Shown: piece by piece, positions 54,601 to 64,000 of the stretch
Position numbering within the stretch: position 1 is the stretch's first letter
Layout: every line of letters begins with the position of its first letter
Assembly: GCA_002633005.1 (NCBI GenBank)
Contig: NMRA01000612.1
Coordinates: 133,027-197,026, forward strand
Origin: Phoronis australis
Taxonomy: Eukaryota > Animalia > Phoronida
Direction: 5' to 3'
DNA: 64,000 nucleotides
The notes under the pieces: generated by a model
The model's input: only the letters and a program-made list of their open reading frames with translations
Database searches by the model: none
Told to the model about the DNA's origin: nothing
Program-made: the position numbers and the translations under genes

Positions 54601-57600
54601 GCCGGATTCGAACCCGGGCCTCAAGAGTTTCGAGTCGCCGACTTTACCACTACACCACTCAGCGGCTGACGTCATTGAACGTGAAAATAGAATACTTAAA
54701 TGAGCACGCGCAACAATCGCATGTTCAGCAAAGGGCATTGCACCGACATTTATACGCTATGAAAAATAATACGCATAATTTCCATAAAAACGATATTTTA
54801 ATTCAGCGAAATTTTTCTCTCGTGTTCTCTCACTTGTAAATCACCGATCTCCAATTTGAATATGGGTATCGTGTCGTCGGGATCCTTTCACTTGAGTATT
54901 ATAGTCAGTTACTAGTGATGAGTGGTAACCTACTTTAGCAGACGATATTTTCCAGGTCGAAGCTTAGCGAGATAAAATGTGTAGTAAGCTACAATAGTTG
55001 CTAAACCTTAGTTTATAGATTCACTTTATTTCTATTTTGTTCAAATTTTCAATTGGTTCTGAGTAAAAGTATTATTTGACAAAAATAGCTCGGCTTTTCT
55101 TAAAAGGTCACAACCTCCGATCCCTGGCCTCTGACAGAGAAAGTAGTTACAAAGCCGAGACGAGTCGAGAAAGGTAGATTCATTCATTGCAATGTTTCTC
55201 GGAGAATTATCACCCTCGGGGCTAATGCCCCTCGGGTTACAATTCTCCAAAATCCACTCGGGCTCTAGATAACGGGGGATAACGACTTCGCCATGTAATA
55301 ATCTATATTTATTTCAACTGGCAATTATTTATAAATGTTTATAACATGTTTTGGAATGAACAAGAATGGTTTCTGGCAACATCAAAATTGCTGTACACTG
55401 TATTCACATGTCAAGATCAAGTTTCTTAACACAGGCATATTCGCTCTTCCAAAGCAATGTCTTCGTAACCTTATCCTTAGCTCAATTTGAAATTGCTTGC
55501 ATTAAACACCCGCAACTCCAACACCCGATGGCTATAGCTTCAGCGGCTGAAACTAACTGGGCGTGACAAGCAAACTTGATGAGGCAGCCTGAAGCAATAA
55601 TATCCTGTCAGTTCTTCTCAAGTCTTGAAATTATTACTTAAATCTGTGTAAGGAACAAGACAAGACAAGACTGATTTTATGATGGTAAGTGGCTTAAATC
55701 AAAAGTTGTTTTTTTAGACACAAGGCACAGGTTTATCACACCACTAACATTTGGATCTGGTTAATGTTGTGGTTCATATTCGCTGTGTTTCTGTTTACTA
55801 CAGTCATGATACAATGAAAATCAACCACTTAACATTCATTCTTCAGACCAAAAGATTCAACAGGCTGTTATGAGAAAGAAATGACTAGACATATTTTCAG
55901 TTGGCATATAAATACACTAAAACTCACGTCATTCAGGTAAGTGAAATCTTCACTTAAGTTGGACATTACCTGTCACTGAAGATGACTTTTACCTCCTTAA
56001 TGTAAAATATCTCGGTCTTACTAGATCGGACTTAACCAATAAAACAAACAAAAGACGGTCACCTGATATGACTCCACTCAAGTCTGGCTGCATGCTAGTG
56101 AACTGATTCACATAATACTCTCTTTGTTCTTCACTTATTGTCCAGATGTCCGTCTCACTCTCTGCATCTGAGCACGTGGAACTGACTGAAGATGTGTCTA
56201 CCTTGGAACCATCTTGGAAGTTGGCCCACTCCTTATCACTACGCTTGCCAGTGCCCAGAAGACCTTGGAAAACACATCCGCACAACACATGAGAGAAGAC
56301 AACAGCCATCACAGCTTCTTTATACAGAATGAACCCCCCCCNNNNNNNNNNNNNNNNNNNNNNNNNNNNNNNNNNNNNNNNNNNNNNNNNNNNNNNNNNN
56401 NNNNNNNNNNNNNNNNNNNNNNNNNNNNNNNNNNNNNNNNNNNNNNNNNNNNNNNNNNNNNNNNNNNNNNNNNNNNNNNNNNNNNNNNNNNNNNNNNNNN
56501 NNNNNNNNNNNNNNNNNNNNNNNNNNNNNNNNNNNNNNNNNNNNNNNNNNNNNNNNNNNNNNNNNNNNNNNNNNNNNNNNNNNNNNNNNNNNNNNNNNNN
56601 NNNNNNNNNNNNNNNNNNNNNNNNNNNNNNNNNNNNNNNNNNNNNNNNNNNNNNNNNNNNNNNNNNNNNNNNNNNNNNNNNNNNNNNNNNNNNNNNNNNN
56701 NNNNNNNNNNNNNNNNNNNNNNNNNNNNNNNNNNNNNNNNNNNNNNNNNNNNNNNNNNNNNNNNNNNNNNNNNNNNNNNNNNNNNNNNNNNNNNNNNNNN
56801 NNNNNNNNNNNNNNNNNNNNNNNNNNNNNNNNNNNNNNNNNNNNNNNNNNNNNNNNNNNNNNNNNNNNNNNNNNNNNNNNNNNNNNNNNNNNNNNNNNNN
56901 NNNNNNNNNNNNNNNNNNNNNNNNNNNNNNNNNNNNNNNNNNNNNNNNNNNNNNNNNNNNNNNNNNNNNNNNNNNNNNNNNNNNNNNNNNNNNNNNNNNN
57001 NNNNNNNNNNNNNNNNNNNNNNNNNNNNNNNNNNNNNNNNNNNNNNNNNNNNNNNNNNNNNNNNNNNNNNNNNATAATTTTGAGACAGATTAGTTGTTAT
57101 TACCTGACTAGAATGGATGACTGTGTCAGATGGTTGAACAGTGATGTTCCGTGAGCCTGAAAGGCTGCGAACATGATGTTTTGTGGGGGGTGGGGGAATC
57201 TGCACGCTGCCAGGAGGCGCCACTGTACCACCATTCCTGTATAAGCATAAAACATGTAACTATTAGCAAACATAATCCATGTAATCCATTATCAACCTCC
57301 ATGAAAGTTTTTAACTGTCCATTTTCAACTCGTACAAGTTTGCATTTTATGGATTCTCGATGATCACACCTTGGTTTATGATCATGACATAATTTATGTG
57401 AAAATTGTTTTTTTTTGCTTAAAATGAATGTCTAAATAACCTCAATGCAAGGAAAGGAGTCTCAGAGATTTTTTAATTACCCTCGAATAACAGATAAAAG
57501 CAATGTCCTAAGTCTTCGCTATTGACAGCCAATATCTCCGCTGTGTGGTCAAGGAGAATCCTAAATTTGTGGAACGGTTCCTTCAGCCAAAGACCAAAAA

Positions 57601-60600
57601 ATGAGCCTGCAAATTGTATGTGAATCAATGCACTAAACAGAAAAGAATCTTCAGAGAGTGCTGACAGTGCTGAAAGTCAGAAGGCCTGAAAACAGCTATT
57701 TGAGATCCATCAATACAAGTTGCTTAAAGCAACTCTCATATCTTGCACACCAATGACGCCACTGTTTAAAGAAATGTTATGGACAGCAATGGAAAATAAA
57801 GATATAGTTTTTATTATATAATACGCGAACTTTGCATTTCTGAAAAGAAAACCTACAAAGGTTGCCATTTAATGCCATTTAAGATAAGGTTACGTGAAAA
57901 CTAACCAGTTCTTGTTAATAATACCAGCTAACTCCCTTAACTTCTCACTCTCAACACCATGACAAAACAACTTATCCGTTAGGCTTTGTTGTTTTGCATG
58001 TGACCAGTAATAAGGTCAAGATTTCTGCTTAGACTGCGACTCGAAAGGGATTTCCAGCAATGTGCACTAACACTTTAGACACTGAGCTATTGGGATTGAA
58101 AGTTAGACACAGAAATCCAATCAGACTTTTGGAAGGCCTCCAAATTGTGCGTGCACCTGAATATGCTATTGTAATTCAGTGATTCGATGTTGCTATAACA
58201 ACCATTACTAGTCTTCACTCAGACCAGCTTTTTTGTCACATCATGTGACCTGAAATAATTTCAGGTCCAACTAGTGCTGAAACGCAGAATTTCCTGCAGC
58301 CCGAGCAGTCTAACAGTTCCATCTCGAGTGAATTTGTTTCAAGTTACCAATTGCTTATGATTTAAATGTTTTCATTTGGTAGTCTTAGCTTTTCTTCTTT
58401 AAATCCCATACACTAGAATTTCAAAAATCCACAGAGGGTTTACATATAACGTAACACAACTGTCAAAATCTAAAGTATGAAAATGTGCATTAAGAAAAAA
58501 TTACTAAAAGAACACTAGTTAAAAATTGTAATCATCAAAGTAGATTGATGTCATCAAGAATTAAATTATACTTACCTATCCACAGGATTTAGTGTTTTCT
58601 GTATTTCTGGAAGAAAATGCAGGACATTAATGCTTTGATGTGATTTTAAAATAATTTGCAAGCCACTGCACATTAAATTGACTCACCAAAGAAAAATCAG
58701 TCTTAGACATCATTAAACGTGCCTGCATGCTAAATAACATTTGAAACTTGGTTTTGCAAGAATTTGTCTCAGGTTGGCAGCAGTTTTTCACATTCAGAAA
58801 ATGAGCAACAGACGAGCCATACATATCGAGTACACAGGACAGACAGACAGGCAGGCAGGCAGACACACAGAAGGTCCAGGTGGTAAATGCTGACACAAAA
58901 CAAGAAATACAAAACCACAAAAAAGGACCTACCTGTATTTGGCAAATGAGCAAATTTTGGCAGGGGTATATCAGTGCCTGAAAAGAAGAGAGCATAGCTA
59001 CATCAGTGAGTGTTAACGTATATCTTTTCAAGTTTTCTTCAATACAGATGAAAGAGTTACTGAATACAGTACATGCCAAAAATAGGAAAACGGAATGATA
59101 CGCAATTCCATGTCATAATGACTGACCACAAATGGAGTTTCCAGTAATGACGGAAAAATGCAATCAGAATTCACAATTAGAGTAGCTGGAAAGGCGAGGG
59201 TTTAGAATGCCCAATGACAAAAAAGAGGAAAAAACTCCGGGTGATGCATCGTTCCACAAATAAATAGGATTGTGTGATAGAAATAATTTTTGTGTTGTAA
59301 AATTTAACAGAAATAAAGTTTTTGCATGATTAAAGTCAAAATAGTGATAAAAAGAGATGAAAACAGGAAACTGGAAATCAAAAAGAGGAAACTGAAACCA
59401 AAAAAGAGGAAATTCTCTTAAAAGAGGAAAATTCTAAATTCTGAATGGCAAGACATGACAAACTAAGACTTGTCATGATGAAACAGATTTTTGTCAGGAC
59501 AATAGTTTTGACAAGTACTGTAACACCACCAGTTCCAGCATTAACAGCAGCCTTTTTAACATACAATTGAATATATATACGGTACTGCATTATGCAGCAG
59601 TCAGCATACCAAGCCAATATAACTTAGACAACAAGATAACAAAATGCTATGACTTGGAAAGAAATGCAAAAATGAAATGTAGTAAATCTTCCAAGCACTT
59701 CTAGATTGCAGACTTTATGTCTAGTTTGAAAAATTGTGAAAATTGTGTTATTCCTAGGAAGACTATCACTTGTAACAGACTATACAAGGTTTGTGTACTC
59801 AACACCAATAACTTTCAAGAAAGATTCTCAAGCAAATATTCACAAAATCTAGATATCCTTCAGCCTAACCCTGATAAAACTGTTTTTGTTGTAAATTTCT
59901 CAGATAATTTTCTTTTGATTAGCCAGAGATACAAAAAATATTTCTAACCCACTTTTGACCATCAAAAACTTATGTTTAATTAATGAGAAAGGTAGATAAA
60001 CACACAATAAAGTAAACTGGATTACAAATATATTGACATGACAATGGACTACAAAAATCTATACCTTGATTGAAGACCTCAAACTTTAACGGAAGCCCAG
60101 ACTGAGCTACGGCTATTAACTTCAAAGCAACATAGAATTGACTGCGACCAAAATGGCCAAGCCGCTGAGCACCGCATAGTTCAGTTATCTGAAACAGAAA
60201 ACAAAAATGCATGGAGAAAACCCGCTTAAGCTTCTACGTAAATGTGAACACTTACTTTTACACATCTCTAAGAACATACCAGAGATCAAAATGTTGAGCA
60301 GGTGACAAGCTTATGCTACCTATTCAAACATAATAATCAATACAATATAACAATGTGTTGCTTGAGGGCAAATGTACGGTACAAATCGTGATTTTTAATG
60401 TAAAATCTAGTGTCTGTAATATGTGTGATAAACAAATGAATAACTGAACACCATACCTCATACCAATGAAAAACAGCATCCAAAAAATATCAAGTCACAA
60501 ATAAGAAATTACAGTGAACAACAGAGATTTATTTAGACAGAAAAGTACAGTTTTAAATGAATTTCAAATTTAGATTCTAAGATTTAAAAATAAATTTATT

Positions 60601-62267
60601 GTTAATAAGGACATTTTAAAAATTTCTGAGATATTTGTAGTTATTTGATTTAATTGTACAGTGTTCTCGCTCATATACGGTAGGCGCTTCATACACTGGA
60701 AGCTTTCCCGTGAATTATGCCTCACGCTGATTAAAATATCAAAGTCATGTTGTTATAAGTACCTTCTGCGCATAAAGAGAGTCCTTAGGAGGCCATCGAT
60801 GTCTTTAATTCCTTCCAACTCCAATAAATACTCCCATAATCAAACTTTTTCTTCCAGCAGTCCTTCGTTCAGTTGCCCAAATCAGCCCAATCAGACCAAT
60901 TTTATATAACAGGCCCTCCTATTTTTACTGTGCGCCAGGTGCGCCAGAGTGTACGCAGTGTTAAAAGTGGCCAATTGCCGATTTGGGCCACAGAACGAAG
61001 GACTGCTCAAAGAAAAAGTTTGATTACGGTAGTATTAGTCAGAGTTAGAAGGAATTAAAGACACCGACAGCCTGCTAAGGTGTTCCTCTATGTGCAAAGG
61101 GTACTTACAACAACGTGACTTTGATCTTTTAATCAGTATGAGACATAATTCACCGAAAAAGCATCCACATACAGGAGCTTCACTGTCTCTACTGGAGCCA
61201 GCAAAAGGCGGAGGTCACTGTCCACAATTTCACTTCAGTGTGATTTCCAACCATTGTTTATGGGTTAGTTTAGAGATAGGCAACACGTAGCCCCTCGGTT
61301 GGCCAGTTAGGGACTACAATACCTCCCATCGCTTTCTGTACGCATTTCGTTCCATTATTTTAAGCGGGCGGTAGGCCAAATTCGTGCGATTTTGAGTTTT
61401 CACCTCGTCAAAACTACATTCTACACTCAAAACTACCACTTAAAAATGAGCTTACTTTCTTCAGTAATCCTTTCTGCTTCTACACATATCTTCCATGAAG
61501 GTGACTTTGGAGAAGAATTCCAACTCCACTTTATGGTCACCGTTAACTTTTTCACCTCGCGCGCCATAATCACAAAATATTTCAACTGAGTCACGTGAGT
61601 AAGGCAAAGGCTAGCGCGAGACTGAGCAAAGCGCGTGACCTGGCTTGTGACACTTGCAAAATAGCATGGGAAGATATCAGGTGGAATTTGTGAGTTTTGT
61701 GTCCCTTGTTCGTTAATAAGCGTGATTTCTTGCAACTTCCTCAAAATGGCACCCAGTGAGAGAAACTCAAGCAAACCGCGACAGATTTTCATGGATGTTC
61801 AAGTTCTGTTGACTAAATTGTATTCAGAGTCATGGTATGTGTTATTATAACTCCATGTGCATTTATGCATGTTTCATTCGATTTTATTTGCTGTGTTGAG
61901 GAAGTGCTGCTCATATATGATTCACCGGAAGCACTTTCACAACAGCTGCATTTTGAAATGCGTAAGTTTTTATGGGGATGTACTATCGCCCCTGTATGCC
62001 TGCGGCATCCAGGGCGATGGATAATTGCCTAGTTACTTATTAGAGGCTAACCCTGCAAGACCTCCGCAAAAAACGGAAATATGAACAAGTAATTTAACTT
62101 GAATTTTAACAGTTTACCTGCTGTTGAGTATCTGGAACAAGACCAGATGCACGAAACAGCTCCGATGCTTTTGCCCAAGAAACTTTGCCGGTAGATTCGG
62201 TGTCGCAGAGGTGAAACAGATCAGAATACGCCCTCTGTTCCTGATCGGTTAACTTTAGAGTTTCCAT
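48694..62267 (-). CDS. REPS1: RalBP1-associated Eps15-homology domain protein (REPS1/REPS2-like)
   Basis: Exons 62118-62267 ([24 protein letters not shown]...), 60065-60188 ([31 protein letters not shown]), 58933-58977, 58576-58606, 57104-57236, [probable exon in N-gap], 56063-56263 ([15 protein letters not shown]), 53868-54074 (EH domain: [29 protein letters not shown]), 53189-53265, 52539-52631, 51136-51223, 50152-50325, 49646-49897, 49211-49328 and 48694-48871 (coiled coil [22 protein letters not shown]). Confidence 0.93.
52298..52575. repeat. Tandem ~44-bp repeat (about 6 degenerate copies) made of a REPS1 exon end plus its 5' splice site
   Basis: Unit gtacttacatcagtgactggcttgaagtcaaactgtagtggctt is repeated; the last copy is coding ([12 protein letters not shown]). 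Confidence 0.85.
54133..54237. repeat. 17-bp minisatellite, ~6 copies
   Basis: (tcacattagcacagtta)n. Confidence 0.95.
54496..55350. mobile_element. Non-autonomous DNA element in a REPS1 intron, containing a tRNA-like segment
   Basis: Ends ataacatgttattata / tataacatgtt; internal ccctcggg repeats near 55210-55265; CpG-richer than the flanking intron. Confidence 0.5.
54594..54663 (-). pseudogene. tRNA-derived segment (pseudo-tRNA or SINE head)
   Basis: Minus strand GCTGAGTGGTGTAGTGGTAAAGTCGGCGACTCGAAACTCTTGAGGCCCGGGTTCGAATCCGGCCTCGGT. A-box, B-box and T-arm are intact; the anticodon stem is mispaired. Confidence 0.65.
60750..61110. mobile_element. MITE-like element with ~70-bp imperfect inverted arms in REPS1 intron 1
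   Basis: aagtaccttctgcgcataaagagagtccttag...tgtctttaattccttccaactc pairs with gagttagaaggaattaaagacacc...ctaaggtgttcctctatgtgcaaagggtactt. Confidence 0.65.
61500..62030 (-). mobile_element. Second copy of the 27800-28690 element, without the MITE insertion
   Basis: Reverse-complement similarity to 27800-28107 and 28509-28690. Confidence 0.75.
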
Positions 62268-64000
62268 CAGACAACCTGGCTAGAGGGTGACGTAGGGATA
62301 TCAGATGCACGTGAAGTGCTATGTTAACTTGCAGAGAAGGCCATCACGAAACCACAGATGAAGTATGCAGCACGTTTACATCTGAAATCATTGCTCTTCT
62401 TCTAAGACGACCACCATGTTGACTTGGATAGCCCGGATGTTGCATAGCAAGCAAATGCTAAGTTTGCATTATGTTGAAGCTCAAATTTTGATGGATTGTT
62501 TGTTTTTGCGGTCTCACACTTTTAATACGCTAATTTCATTTGTCTTTGTTTATCCAACAGCTTAAAAATGCATGATTTAATAAAAAATTAGCTTACGTTT
62601 ACATTTCCCCCACCAGGATCGCGCTCGAGTATGTCGCAGTTGTTTTATTGGTAGGCCTATTGGTCGACTCAAGTGCTGAATAACCCCGACGAGAAGCATT
62701 TGTAGACGCCGGTATTTACTTTCGAAGAAGCCACGGTAAAAATGTTACATATTTGCATTTTTAAAAAGTATAAATATAATGGTAAGTTCTTAATTGATAT
62801 TTTTTATGTGCAGCTAGGTGACTACAATTAGGGTCAAATGTCACAGTACTCAGTGCAGCTCAGTGCTACTATCGGTCATCCACGCTGGGCGATCTAGGAT
62901 GTCGTCAAGAGGAAACCCCAACTCCCGCGTAGTTAGAGACCGTGACCTGGCATTTGCTGATGCTTTCTGTAACTAGTTCAGTGATCAATTAAATAATACA
63001 ACAGATACCACCAAAAAAATTCATGTCATGCAAGCCGGTGGGGTTGGATAGGTAGCCTGAGGCCTACATAGGCTATAGCGTTTTGGTAGTGACAGACCTG
63101 AGGTGCGAAAAATTGGTGTTTTATAGTAGTCGAATTTAAATTCTAACGATAACACACTTCGCCCAGTTTAATTAGCTTAAAAGTAAAAATTGAATTAGGC
63201 CTTTTACTTTCGTAAAATTGTTCTCATTCCTTACCCACATTGAATGGCGTTGCCCCGAGGTCGGCGACTGAGTCACACTTGCAAGCAATAGGTACATACC
63301 GCGCCATTTGCGAATTAGTGGCCAACCGAATTAACTCTGAAACGTTTTTTCAAGTCGGTGATTTTTTCGATGTAAGGGAAATTGAATCTTTTAATGATAA
63401 GGAACATTGCGGCTTTATGTATGGGAGTAGAAGACCTAATGTGTATTTCCTTTTTAGTCATCTAAACGGGGTGAAATACAGTTTTGGTGTATTTTCGACA
63501 AAAGCCTGTGTAGGTACAGTTGGATTTTTATGGGTTTCAGGTTACGCTGAAGCCAGTTTTCAACCAATCTATGCCCCGACATCTATAGTACGTGTTACTG
63601 TGACAATCCACATATTGCACTGCATACACATTTTTACCCGAACTTTGCTGATTCGGCTTTTACAATGCGAAGTTCGCATTATTCACCGTCAGTGGGGTTT
63701 CTCACTGCTCAAATTCCTACAGGACATGTACATCACACGTTTCAATTTAGGCCTCGTTCCGGTTAATAATGGAAAAATATACATTCGAGAATCAGTGTTA
63801 ATGGGTTGTAGCGACGTTGTAGCCAGGTTTTAAATGAAGTTTAGAGAAAATGACTTACTTTGTACAACATGTGTTGTTGGAAGCGATGCCATTCATGATC
63901 AATAGCACGTGCGTGTTCCTAGGTACCACTGAACACCACAAGGGCCGCAGTGCAGATAAAGTTCCGGGCCAGCTAAAACGAATGTCGAATTAGCTGTTTT

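Noticed and set aside
54594-54663. Functional tRNA-Ser(CGA)
   Set aside because: The anticodon stem does not pair, there is no long variable arm, and the acceptor stem is imperfect.
56214-57223. Long ORFs spanning N-runs (also 8620-9162)
   Set aside because: Their length is an artefact of translating Ns.
63240-63833. 197-aa + strand ORF
   Set aside because: It starts at TTG, has no recognisable domain or splice structure, and the opposite-strand frames are also broken. Treated as a chance ORF or decayed repeat.

Overview
This is eukaryotic DNA from an AT-rich, intron-containing metazoan genome, probably a marine invertebrate or lophotrochozoan; the species cannot be determined from the sequence. 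It has two N-gaps. The first 37 kb is mostly decayed and nested transposons: a Sola3-like DNA transposon relic, an Ngaro/DIRS fragment, a Kolobok accessory-gene fragment, a CR1/L2 RT fragment, a frameshifted Gypsy element, a TTAA-targeting non-autonomous family nested in itself, MITEs and a solo LTR. It also holds an intronless GT10 alpha-1,3-fucosyltransferase broken only at an A8 run. The last 27 kb has three conserved spliced genes whose exons I reconstructed by hand: RPL22 (-), AP2M1 (+, head-to-head with RPL22) and REPS1 (-, tail-to-tail with AP2M1). Two observations stand out. First, a small intronless non-histone C4HC3 (PHD/RINGv-type) finger gene at 24216-24542 (-), missed by the ORF track, is followed directly by two canonical replication-dependent histone 3' stem-loops and an HDE-like element, inside a mobile-element-like segment. 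Second, twin hairpins with 7-nt loops in RPL22 intron 2 resemble eL22 binding sites, and one of them contains the likely branch point. All family assignments come from motif recognition by eye; no database search was run.
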